From contig NW_019091360.1 of assembly GCF_001949145.1 (NCBI RefSeq), forward strand, positions 1,733,599 to 1,797,598: a stretch of 64,000 nt of DNA, in the 5' to 3' direction. Below, one piece after another: positions 51,381 to 64,000 of this stretch (its first letter is position 1; the number at the start of each line of letters is the position of its first letter). A program made the translations under genes and the position numbers. A model generated the notes under the pieces. The model ran no database searches and was not told the DNA's origin. It saw only the letters and a program-made list of their open reading frames with translations. Source of the DNA: Acanthaster planci. Lineage: Eukaryota.

Positions 51381-53278
51381 GAAAAAAACTGATGAGTGTC
51401 TGTCCTTCACAATGAAACGATGCAGTTTAACTACAGGACAGTCCATTCAATCTTCAATATCAAGCCTCTGAGTATTTTCTGTTCCTCAATTTATCGATCA
51501 ATGTATCATTTGGTTACATTTCTCATTTTTCGATGATAAAAACCATTTTGTGAAAATGAAGGCTTCTTTTCAGATGGTCAAAGAAAGGGGCCAACAATGT
51601 CTTGAATCAAAACTGCTATCTCAAACGCTGTCAAACAAGAAACGTGGGACAAAAACAGAGAAAGGCTGACAAGTCAAACGTGAAATGTTCAACTAGGTGA
51701 CATGGACTGTTACGAGACCTTTAGTGGAAAAATTTCCAAGAGAGACACTGCTTGCTTCATTTTTATTTTTGGTAAGGCCTTACGTGAGTATGAAGTATAA
51801 GTAAACTTATTGGCTGTCATGATCAATCAAAACTGTAATCCTAAGAGGAACAGTTAAATTTGTGAAAGTTTATTTGAAACATTCGATGTCCAAATACAAA
51901 AAAGAGAAAATAATAAAAGTTGACAAAGCATTCACTTATCTTAGGCACACTAACAGTGCACATCTTTTTATAATTAACATTAATTGTTTTGACTGGAAAG
52001 TAATTTCCGGTTGACATCCACAAAATCACATAAATGTTTAGACGTAAAATAACCCAACACTTTTTTTGTACGTGGATTTCTTCATAGTGATCTGACAGCT
52101 GTGGAGAGAAGCAATACAGATTATCTCCACTGGCCAAGAAGGAGGACTTTATTTTTAGACACGGATCATGTTTCTGAAATCATCTTCAGAAACAGGATCC
52201 AAAAGCACACACATGTATGGATATATACATGACCGTCAACACAATGTACACAGGTACATGTAGATATGCATTCTGGGATTCTTCAAAGAGAACTAGTCCG
52301 CAAAACGGAAAACAAGCGGATCAGCTTGCACCTCACTTCCTGGAAACCCAGCTCAGCGGGGATAGACAAACACTCCTCTAATCAGGGTCTGCCTTTTTGT
52401 CTAATGGGGCTAGAATAACAAGACGGAAGGGGGGGAGAGGTTCTCATGCATCTGGCAACAGAGGCATCCGGGAAATTCATGTGCCCGCTGACTTGCGCGT
52501 TGTGCAAGGACGACTCGGCAAGACTTGAGGCCTATGCCTGCACAGAGCAACACAGCCCTGCAGTAGAGCCTATTGGCCAGGTAAATCAAATGAACAAACT
52601 GCCAAAATGCACATCATTTAGCAACACTGTTAGCCTTTTCTACATTTTGTTCCAACAATAAAACTGTTTAGTATCTGTTTTTTTGAAAAGCAGGGGGCGG
52701 CAAGTCATGTTACATTTATTTTCAAGATGGCCGCCACTTCCATAGGTGTGTGGAAAGTTTGCAGCCAAAGCCATATGTGCGCATTCAAAGACATGTTTGA
52801 ACTGGAGATCGCACGGTCACCAACTGAGTCTGACATCAGTTTAGAAGTTCCAGTTGATCAGTTGACATTTGCTCTGGAGTTTAAAAATTCTTTAAAAGAA
52901 AACTGAGGCAGCCCCTAAAGAGGAAGAAGGCGGGGATGCCTAACATGTTTATTTTTTGAAGTAGGCCTTGTCACTGTTTCTCCTCAACAGGTTTCTTCAG
53001 GCTTAGAGCTACAGTGGCCGGGGGGGGTGCATTTTGACAATCCTTTGCTTCATAATGATAATCAAAAATAATGAAAAAAATAACACAAAATATTTAGCCC
53101 CCCCAAAAGAAAAAAACACCTTCAAATTCAAGACAATGTCAAAATGAACACAAGAGAAAAACAAACACACCCTCCATGTAAGTACAGTTACATCATAACA
53201 GCTGCTAACAAATGTAATTTGCCAAGGCTAAAGAGGCATTACTTCCCTAGTTTTAGGTCTACAAGTACGGTATGGTAA

Positions 53279-53400
53279 ATGTACATGTACAGGTAAGTTT
53301 CTGCTTCATCTACATGCTACATGTACATCATGTACATGCATACATGCATTCACACGTATGTACATGTATACATGAATGTACATGTACATGTACAGTACAC
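53279..53400. repeat. (TACATG)n-rich cluster
   Basis: Multiple overlapping TACATGTA units; similar clusters at 47906-47950, 59440-59630 and 62610-62680. Confidence 0.85.
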
Positions 53401-56400
53401 TCTGCCCAAGTCCAAGAGTTGCGTTCATGCATGGGGCTCAGCTAGGCTAGCAGCAAGGCCCACGCATCATCAGATTACACTCTGGATTCCTGGAAACCCA
53501 GGGTCCCCAAGTTTTCCTTTTCTTTTTTTCTTTTTCTTTTTTCCTTCAGGGGACTGAGACAAACAGCCCTGGATTTCAAATCAACTTCAGCCAGTGGGGG
53601 CCATGCTGGGTCACAGGCAATAAAGCATCTCGGCATATGATCTTTGTCTGAAGTCCCACTCTCTTTCCCCCCCCCCAATGTTTTATTCAGAATTCTCAGA
53701 GGGGCCAAGTTAAAGGTTGCTGATTGCATGCATACATGACCTGCACATGTATAATGCCACTGACTACATGCGCATGTACGTACAAGTAACAATGTAAATG
53801 TGAATGGCTCGCGTCTGAGTCCAAAGGTGTGACATTTTTGAGGCCCTGTTACACCTGACCTTTGTAATTTGACATTGGACATATCACTAAGATCGACTTA
53901 CAACTATTCTTACACGCATTTGTATAGCAGGTAATTTGCATAACTGAATCTCTCTGGCAGGTTGGGATGTTGGGTGTTGTTTTGTTGGTTTGTCTGCGTG
54001 TCTGTTGGTGTTTTATTAGCCTCTCTGCTGTCTCTTTGTTCACTTTGTTCATTCATTTGATATTTGTCCAACTGTTCTTCATTTATGTCTCTGCCCTATG
54101 CTTATTGTTCTGATTAGTTCCTATTTACATTACTGGTGTTTATATACACTTGTTGAATTGAAACTAACCGGCCTCTAATTTATTTATGTGTAATTTAAGT
54201 TAATTTTATTCAACCCATTTTTGAACCCATGTTTGTTACAGCCTTGGGCTGCTACTGACAGAAAACCAGTACCGCTCATACCTAATTGTAATAAAGAATG
54301 TATTCTAAACTTACAAAAATCATATGTCAGATGTGAAAGGGACATAAACGATATCGAAAACCCAAATATACAGAATGGCCCCAATACATGAACTGTACAT
54401 TTAAAGGAAAGCCTGCAAAATACATTCAATATCACGCTGGTAATATGAGTGTAGACTCAGGTAGACAAACTGCACACCACATGAACAGGAATTAAGGACC
54501 CAAGTGCTAAACCCAACTTCAGCCAAATTTGATCTGGCACTCCATTCCCACGTGCTGTCAGATCTGTAAAAAAAATGTGGCTGTCCCCCACAAAACAATT
54601 TCTGAGGGTAATAAGAGTTCTCCGCACTGTTGGACAAGAGGGGGGGGGGAATTCAGTCAGCAAACCATTTTGTTGAGGGACCGGGACAGCATCAAATAAA
54701 GGAAACCTCTGTCTTGCTTCTCTGAAGATGAGACAAAGGGCAATTCACCACTTCATGGAAGCGACTGTACCAGTCCAAAAAAGAATGTCACCCGGCGAAA
54801 CCACAAGCACGACCATCCTTCTGTGTTTACTTCAACCAGATCCAAACACAGTGGTTTGCCAAACCATACATGTAAATACCTTCCCTGCTTACTTTGACAG
54901 GTTCATTTCCTAATACCAAATAAAGCGTTTGACTGGCACTGGCAAAACTCTGGTCTTCGATGGCCAAACAGAAAATCTTTTCATGCAGTTTAACAGTTTC
55001 AATTTGGGGACATTCGCAAAGTGGCTGGATTGTTTCCGATTGGAACAGCACTTAAACTGGTGCAGTGAGACTCACAGGGCCCACTCTCACCCCACCCAGT
55101 TTTCTTGGCTGAGCACTGAACAAATGGAAAGTGCACCTGTTCATTTTCCGCTGTGGTTTACGGGTGCAGTGTCCCAATTCAAGGAAAATTCTCCGCCAGG
55201 CCGAGGCGCACAAAAAGTACCCCCAGAGATTGTTTCGAAAAGAGGGGTCTGTTTGGGCCAAGAAATGGTGGGATTGTGTCAGTATGGCCCGGGATCATCT
55301 CTGTAGATTCAGGGGCACCCATCTGGGGGCAAAGCAGACAAAAATGGGATTGAAAATTAGTCAGAAGAGCCCCAGGAAGGTGAGGGGTGTCATTTGAAAA
55401 ATGGCCGCTGGGAGGGCTTGGCAACATTCACTTTTTGGGGGGTAACCTACTAAAAATTGAAAATCAAATGAAACCTGAAGGACCAAACAACACATTGTTT
55501 TTTGTTTGAGAGGCCTCAGGGACTTCAGTTGCCTGCCATAGGGCTCCAAACTTGGTTGATTTTATACTATTTTCAATGGAGCTTGAATTGGTTCAGTGCA
55601 CCCTTATTGGATGAGCTGACTGTATATCTTGCACAGGCTGTCAAGAAAGCCTGTATTAATTTCATCTGCTTATAAATTCTTTCCATGTACATGTTCATAA
55701 CATCATAAATATCAAGCTGACCCTTATGCCCGTACTGTAGACTTACATGTACAACTGTGGCTAAAATATGTGTAAACATACAGCTCTACTTGTGGGGTAT
55801 TTCCTTTGTTCTCATGTACAAACTCCCACACAACATGCAAACAATTTCAAATCACTCCAATTTAAACCCGATTCACTTTCCTGGGTTGAAATTTTGACCG
55901 TATGTCCCTTTTATAAAACACTTCAATTTGCGACGGATTTTTACCCATCAAAAATTTCCCCTTTTTGAGTTATTTCCAAATATCAGTTTCGTGAAATTCT
56001 TGTGGGATACCAATTCTGATACCCCACAAGGTAAAAACTGGCCTTGTAGGGTACTTCCCATTGTTCCGGTACCCCACAAGGCCCCATGTATAAGCGCATG
56101 TACATACATGAACTGTATATGGCTAACTTGGAGAAACATACGAACAAGCAAAATTCACTTCACAAGTGGGTGTCATCCTGTGAATGTACATGATGAATCC
56201 CAAGACTGTTACAAGTCTGTATATGTTTGCATACAGCCTACCACATACCACATGTTTGAACTGCACACGCAGTACATGTACAATGTACTGTGTATCTAGC
56301 ATGAAATACAAACTTCTTTTATAAATACACACCAGGGCACAGGGCAGGAAGTCTCCTGGACATGATTAAGGTCAACCACAATGCCTGGCACTCAGCAGAT

Positions 56401-58259
56401 GACCTTTGTCCAGACTGGGTATCAAAAGGGTCAGCTGTACTATAATGGTGGAGTCAGGTACTCTTGCGTATCACAGATCACAGCATATTCCTATGTGTAC
56501 CCCACATCCAAGATTTCCCCAGCCCTTCAAAACCCATCTGCATTTCTGGAAAATTCTGTAGGCTTATCTTACACGTACGTACCACTATTTCCCGTTGGAT
56601 TTGCAGCCCTAATTTTCAAGAACCAAATAAGTGTCAATGGTTTCCCATGGACTAATGGATTTTGCAGGATCAAGGAAGATATCAGTAATTCCTTAATTGC
56701 AAAAATGACAAGGGAGTTACGGTCTTTGAAAAAAAAAATCACGTCACACGCTACTCAGCTTCAAGTGCACACTGGTAGCTTGTCCACACAACATCCAAAA
56801 GAATGTACTACTTTTAATATACGAGTACAAATGGGTCTCAGGTTGAGAGAAGGTGTGAATATATCAATGCTGATGTCAAAGAGTAACCACATAGTACATA
56901 GAACCAATATCAGCTGTGACAGCATGCAACCCAAAGGGATGGTGCTCAAGTGTCAAGCTGCGGGCATCAAGAGTGACAGGGTTCCTGACTCTCTAAAGGT
57001 CAAGAAAAGGTCAGAGGTCAACGCCAAGACCGCAAAGAGCAAGCGGAGATGTGGAAACTCCCAGCTAAGCAGGAACAACAGGATGCACGCATATGCTGGT
57101 AATTAGAAAAGGCACTTCCTGGTAAATGTCACACAATAAAGGCGGAAGGAAATTGGCATATTTACAGATTTGTAGGAAAAGTCATCCTGGGGGAAAAAAA
57201 AACTAATAGACAAGAAACTGAAGAGACAGAGCCAGCCTTGGCATGTCTTCAATTACAAACGTACACGTACATGTACAACCTACATGTACATGCATTCTTG
57301 TTGATTCATGTGGTGTTGTGCATGTGCGTACAATGTACTTCCTTGTCATCATGAACTATTCACTTTGAATAAAAGGAGGGGAGGGTACATAAAGCCTTAA
57401 GTTTCAGGATCAGGGATGAACAATGTATGATGTTTTTTTGTCCAAAAATGCAGGAAAACTTCCCACATGCATGCAATCATGATACATTATTAAACTAGAA
57501 AAGCCGGTCTAACCTACCTGGTACATATATAATGCATACAGAACATGTACTCATCCCTATACATACACTTGCCTGCCTATAAATGTTAGTAAATGTTAAA
57601 CAAAGAGCTCACTACATGTACTTAGAATGTGACTTCATTTTGCTCACAAAGTCATGAACAACTTTCCTCTGTGACAGTGCTGAAATGACAAGGGCAGGCT
57701 TTCAGCCCCAAAAGTGAACTGGTCCGTGACATCAACTTTTTACCAACCAATACTATATTCCGTACACATGTACTTGATATTCCTTTTCATTTAGCCTATT
57801 TGAAGTAACCGGTATGGCAGACACCAAACCGGTGGGACAGTGCTATTTCGTTTGGGTAAAATCTTGAGTGTTTACTCCAAATTTACCCATTTCAAACGGC
57901 ACCCTCCTATTGTGCCCTCTGTGCTTGTGTTCTTAACATTTATTTATTTATTTCCTGACACACGAGAGTGCTGCAATAACAAATGTAGTGACAGTTCAGA
58001 AAGACACCGTTCCATTTGTGTGTTGTCGATTTGGTAAAATGTGAACCTTTCAAATTGCACCGGCAAAAGAAGGCAACATAATCAGGCCTGTATTTTCTAC
58101 AACAATTATTCGCCATAAAATTAAACTTGCACTGAATCTAACCATCCTGTCTATTTTGCCAAGATGACTTCCTGTGCGGTTAAAGACATCACCAGTAGGT
58201 ACAGAATTTCAAAAATGATCTTCTCTAAAATGATTCAACTGAGGGCACTGGGTCATAGT

Positions 58260-58676
58260 TAGGGCTGAGTCAATTCAAATAATAATTTACTATTCAGATA
58301 TTCAACCTTCAATTCAATCGAATATTTGAATATTGGGTGGTACTGATTGGCTGATTTTTTATGAACAAACCACATACATGTACAAAATCAGTTGCAATAA
58401 GGCACACACTCTACAACAATACTTCTTGCCCTAATGAAACTTCCTATTCCTTTTAAATTATTTAATGAATAGTTTACTTTTTGAATTGTTAGATTTCTGT
58501 CGTTCTTCATTTGAATCCGCATGAAACTAGCCTCCATAGTGCAACTTTTTTTCTTTAGAGCAACAGAAAATTCTCCCTTCGTTTTCATGAAGTTTGCATT
58601 CAAATATTCAAATTTGGAGTATAATATTCAAATATTCGATAATTGATCGAATATTTAGATATTCGGCACAACCCTA
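58260..58676. mobile_element. hAT-like MITE (417 bp)
   Basis: TAGGGCTGAGTC ... GGCACAACCCTA termini, 8-bp flanks GTCATAGT/GTCACAGT (7/8 match) and subterminal TATTCGA/TATTCA repeats. Confidence 0.8.
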
Positions 58677-61093
58677 GTCACAGTGCCATTAAAGTTCATG
58701 TGTACTTGGAAAGATTTCAACTAAATTAAGCCAATCAGTCATTTTTTTTGGTAAGATCTCATTTGGTGTGTATACAGTACGGTACATGTGCACTTTCTCA
58801 GTCCAACTCAATCTGACCCTCACTGAGATGCAGACAGCAAGGGAAAACATAGAATTTATAGAAATATACACACATTTGTAAACTTCTTGATTTCAACTTA
58901 CTTAACCTTCCTATCCACTTTGGGTCTAGACAGAATAAAAGATGCTGATCCAGTTCTTATCTTGTTGCTTCCTCGGCAGTAACCATCTTGATCATTACAC
59001 CATACTCGCCTAGTGCTGTTCGGCCATGAACTGTCTTTCCCACACTCTGGGTCGAGCACAGCTGCTGTTGACAGTGTATGTGTGTCATCATTCAGCATTG
59101 GGGCCAGACACGATCTCGATGATCTGATCTGGGGGTTGGCCGGTCCCGGGCTGGCAGCATGCAGACTGGCATTCCAACTGGGACGGTTTCCTGGTATTCA
59201 GCGCTTGGCTCTCCCCAGCTGGAGGGGGAAAATGCCAAGGTACTTGCCAAGCCAAGTCCTGTACTGCCCTGGCAGCCGGCCAACTGCCTCAGCCGCATTT
59301 CCTGGTATTACTGTACAATGTTTGGCTTAAACAGACTTGTGATGTGAGCTTTAAAGGAAGAACTTTATGGAAGACTGCTGGCTCTTCAGATTGTCAATAA
59401 CTGTGAAAGGAACACTTGCATGTATAGCGCACATGTAGAATGGCCACTGTAATTTTACATGTGTAATTCCTGGATACAAATACATGTTAATACATTGCAT
59501 GTTTGTACATGTAGGCCTACATGTACATTCTGGCAAGTGTACATGTACATGTACATTGTACTCTACACTATGCAACTGCAGTGTGCACATATACCAAATG
59601 TACATGTACTACATGTCCATATGCATGTGTTGCACAATTCTTACACACATGTTCTGTATTTCACATGTTCTGTATTTCACATGTTCTGCATTTCATATCA
59701 CCAATCATATGCTGACCCTGTACTTGCTACTGTCTGATGGACTGCATATACAGGTGCATGTACAGGTAAATGTAAACTGCACTGCACACTCTCAATATTC
59801 AGGTATACGCTGGTGATGTGAACTCATTAATTTGGTCACACGTGACTAGGTAACCAGGTGGCATTGCAGAGGCGGCTCTGAGAGGCCACTCTTGGTAATT
59901 TTTCTAATGTGGCATTGTCAGCAAACCATCACGACCTGCTGTCACCAAAGCAGCATTCAACAGGCTGATTCCACTGACCAGACCCTCCTAAAATCTATTA
60001 AAATCCACCAAGATATGTTGGAGAATTCCACAGGAGTGGACACAGGGGTGCACATGTAACCACTACCGGAAGAGAAAGCAACTGAATAAACATACAGTAC
60101 ATGTGCATGTACACTGTACATGTACACACACGTGTAGCCCACATTAGACTTGTTACCCTTTGAGCTATGGAGGTTAAAACAGCACTCAAGGTAGTCACAT
60201 GCCACAAGTGTCCTGCAGAAGAGAGGATTTTGGTGGTTACATTCAACCGTCTTCTAACAAAACAGCACAGCACTGGCTATACCAACGTGCATGGCCTCAC
60301 CATGACAGTCCTCTCATTTTAAACATGAACTGCAGGATGTGTTCATTTGAACTCCGTGTAAACTCCAGAAACAGTATTCCAAATGACAGTTCTACAATGA
60401 GCAGTTAACAGTTTGATGTGAATCTGTAACAAATCCCTGTTAATACCCAGTGGAAATTCCCACGTAACATTTTCTGCACACTTGCACACATCTTCTAACT
60501 CGATCAAACTACAAATATATGTACATGTACTCAGAAATGCATCTATTTGCATTTTGTCAGGTAGGGATTTTCCAGGGGCGACTGCATGATTACAGAGGGA
60601 AACCCCTGTGTTGCGACACTGATTGGGACAATCGTCTCACGGACAATACAAGCTTAAAATCAACATCGGTTGCATCATCCCCCATCGTATTAGGAAAGGT
60701 AAGAAACTGGAAAGGCCAAAAGCAGGAGCTGTCCCGAGATGAAGTGCACCACACTTAAGCACATCTGCTAAGTATGATGTGCGATTGTGTCGCACCAGAA
60801 AAAGCAGCCTTGCCGAGACTACAGACAAGGAAGGAAACTGCAAGCAATTCAAGAAAGTTTATGGAAAAACCCCTGGGGGAGAAAAACCTGGGGAAAACCC
60901 ACACAAACAGGAAGCAGCAGCCAATTCAACCACAGTAATGGTCACCAGAAATGGCCTGAACCCGGAGTAATATAATATATGAGTACATGAACATGTAGTG
61001 GAAGAAGACAAGGACAGTTAAACTACATGTACATGTATATTATGGATTCACTGCACAGGTTTTAATCATGTTAAAACACACTAGTATTATTAA

Positions 61094-61144
61094 CCCTAAC
61101 ACTCCTCAGTCCTCAAACAGGTGAAGGATTGAGGACGGTTAGGG
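61094..61144. mobile_element. Minimal piggyBac-like hairpin element (51 bp)
   Basis: TTAA|CCCTAAC..TCCTCAGTCCT ... AGGATTGAGGACGGTTAGGG|TTAA. Confidence 0.55.
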
Positions 61145-64000
61145 TTAAATGTGCTTTTTAAGACTCCAGAGTAGCCACTCTTCAGGGGTGTGCAATTATG
61201 GTTATTTTTGGAATCGAGTACCTGTTTCATGTACCCTGGTACCCTTAAAATGTACAGAACACTTAACAAATGGCATTACGTGCAATCCCGATGGACCATA
61301 AACCAAAACATTTGCTCATACAAAAGAATGTCTGATGGAAATACGGCAACCAGTCTATGTAGCCCAGCCACAAATATCGTTGTTACACTATGCCGTGCAC
61401 GCATGCAGAGCTCTACAGCTGCACGTCATAAAATCATCGATGTTGCAAGAAGATTTCTGCAAGTTAATTCACAGAACTTGGTCTCGTATCTATGTATGTA
61501 TTTTCTGTGTTCATGAATTTAATTTGAGGTTGTAATTGCTCGTACTTGAAGCGAATGTGTTTCCACAAAATTTCCTGCCATTGCACGAGGTTAATCACCC
61601 GCCCATCTGGATGCATCACACAGACTTACCGGTACCACGCAATATACGGACATTGTTTCTTTATAAAAATTAACAGTTCTGTCATGGGGACAAATGCTAC
61701 AGAAAAATATGGGAATTGCTATACAAATCCAGAAATAAGTAACAGTTTTGCTACACAAAAGGGCAAAAAATTGAACAGTGTCCCCTCTAATCAAATAGTG
61801 GGAAACAAAAATATTAAGAAATTTCGAAACATCGGACTATACAAAATGTCAAACACTCCTATCAGGAATGACCTTAAGAATGAACCAGTTGGACATTCCC
61901 CCCCCCCCGAACGTCATTCAAGACCAAAGGAAAATGTGTACATCAGCGTATGGCTGCACTGATGGGGCATACAGACCTCTTGTGCTTGTACTGCACAGCG
62001 CGCTTCATTTTCAGCATGCGTTGTTAAAACTATACAAAGAAGTACAATAGTACAAACAGAAGGACACAAACAAATCATCAAAACTGGTACAGTTTCAGGA
62101 TACAGAACCTGTATTACCATGCATTATTAGTCGACAGGTACATGTACACAGGCCTATATCCATGACAGTTTTGAAATGTCACAACCCCTGCAGCTGAAGA
62201 CCTTGTGATCTGTCCTCCGGGCTCCCAAGCAATCACATACAGTCATGGGATAAACATCACTGCTAATTATCTGCAAAGCATCTCACACTAGCACTTGAGC
62301 TTGCTCAGCGCACATTATAGGGCCTACCAGGTTTATGTGTACAGTGCTCATCTCTCCCCGACTGTGGAGTGTGGGTGTTGCAGTCTAGACTCACAAATCT
62401 CATTAAAGAGAACACAATCCTGAGTTGTTTCTCGCTCGGAGAAGTGGCAAAACCACAGGGTCCACACAACTGGAGAACCCACAGAATGCATTCTAATATA
62501 ATGACTTCTTACACACAGACATGACTCACCCTGTTTGTGCAGTCAGTACACAAAAGCAAAGCATCCATTCTCCAGTGACAAGTTTCATTTCTGGACACCT
62601 TTTTACACTGCATGTACATGTGCATGCATGTACATATATGTACCACAAGGGTACATGTACATGCACATTGCACATGCACAAGTCTTCTGCATTCACATTG
62701 CTTTTCACTTGATGGCTTTCTCTTCCCCAATAAAACTACCACTTTAGTGCCTCTGCGAGACAAGATGACAACACTGATTTTTTTCTTCTCATTGATGGGG
62801 GGAAAACATGCTTATGAACTTGGAACAGGGCTCGGCAGTTCACTTGTCAATAAAATAAAACTTCCTACCACAAAACGAGCAGACTTCACTTGTGAGCTGC
62901 TACCCAGCATGGTCTACGAAAAGCCCTCGTACACAAAAACCAGTTGCCAGTGGGGAAAAAATACATGTACAACCGCTGCCGTTCAGCCTCAGCAGACGGG
63001 TTTCACCGGAACTTGCAAATCACCTGTTAACGGTCTGCTTTGCAACCACAAATGGTGACCACTTCCAACAACAATGGTAACCTACAGTAGCATACACTGG
63101 CCAGCCACTGACTACATCCCACCACCCCTACATGTACATCAAACCTACAGAGGCATCAAAACATGGGGAGATCTGAGACCTTGAAACACAAAAGAAGAAG
63201 GGAGACAGAACATCAATACCCATGTGTTTTTCTCTTTCTTTCGCAGTGACGCAGATTTTACTGGGATGGGTTTTAAACACCCTGGACACTTTGTTACAAG
63301 AAGTCAATAGCCCGGCTAGGTCATGCGACCAGGTGCTTTAGCAAACCAGATTAGCAAACCACCTTAGAGGAGAGGCCTTGTGTGCAGCACTAACTCCCTT
63401 GATGGTCGCTTGCTCCTTGGCACACGTTTACCATGTGCACAGGTATTAATGGTAGTACACAGCCATCAGTGAACAGTTCCCAGTGCCAGCAAATGTGAAA
63501 AACTCACACACTACGGAACATGGACAGTACCCCCACTGTAAGCCGGAAGTGTTGCCCAATCGCATAGACAAGAGTATCATTGGTTTTTTTGCAATTTTGC
63601 GAAAAAGGCATTACTTCTCTTCTGTTTTTTTTCTTCGTCTTCTGCGCAAAACCCATTTACTTTGTGCATGTTTTTTCCTTGAGACGAATCCCTGGATCAC
63701 AAGAATGTGAGATTTACATCTCCAGGCTTGTTATGTTTTCGGTAGGTACTCTACAATCGTAGAGTAGGTGATGGTTGAGGCCAGCATTCATCAAAGTCAG
63801 GTAGTCAGGTCAAAATCAGGATCATAGGGAAACTGGGACATTAGCCACCCCACCAGTAACACACAGGGTAGAATTACAGGATACCCTGTAATGTGTAACA
63901 TACACAAAGTTTTCCTCCAATAAACTCTCAGCTTTAAACTTTTCGTCAAAGCAAGACTTGAATCTCAAGACTAAAATGTGAAAAGACAGTGGGCGTTTTC

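Noticed and set aside
59351..59816. His/Val/Cys/Thr/Met/Tyr-rich ORFs (also near 53321 and 62509-63058)
   Set aside because: They are translations of stop-poor (TACATG)n sequence.

Overview
Eukaryotic (metazoan, probably marine invertebrate; taxon not determinable from the sequence alone) genomic DNA with GT-AG introns. No prokaryotic operons, CRISPR arrays, rRNA or true tRNA genes were seen. The main feature is one large minus-strand protein-coding gene. Five phase-consistent coding exons (47362-47116, 37300-37172, 32114-31512, 30781-28937, 28230-26422) give about 1,540 aa, with the N-terminus unresolved. The protein has an RFX-like winged-helix segment, a CxxC..CxxC motif, one C2H2-type finger, a cluster of PxDLS (CtBP-type) motifs and long Pro/Ser-rich disordered tracts. 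It is followed by a 3'-UTR intron and a probably long 3' UTR. Downstream, a CpG-rich promoter (about 17.3-18.4 kb) heads a second minus-strand spliced unit with no convincing ORF, in which one 86-90 nt exon occurs as three diverged paralogous copies. The rest is intronic or intergenic DNA holding a decayed DIRS/Ngaro-type retrotransposon, tRNA-derived SINEs, several MITEs with identifiable TIRs/TSDs (hAT-, piggyBac- and PIF/Harbinger-like), two minisatellites and very abundant TACATGTA motifs. Paired repeat copies in the window show TA replaced by TACATGTA, as expected for Tc1/mariner excision footprints. Most short ORFs in the supplied track are spurious. All calls were made by eye; no searches were run.
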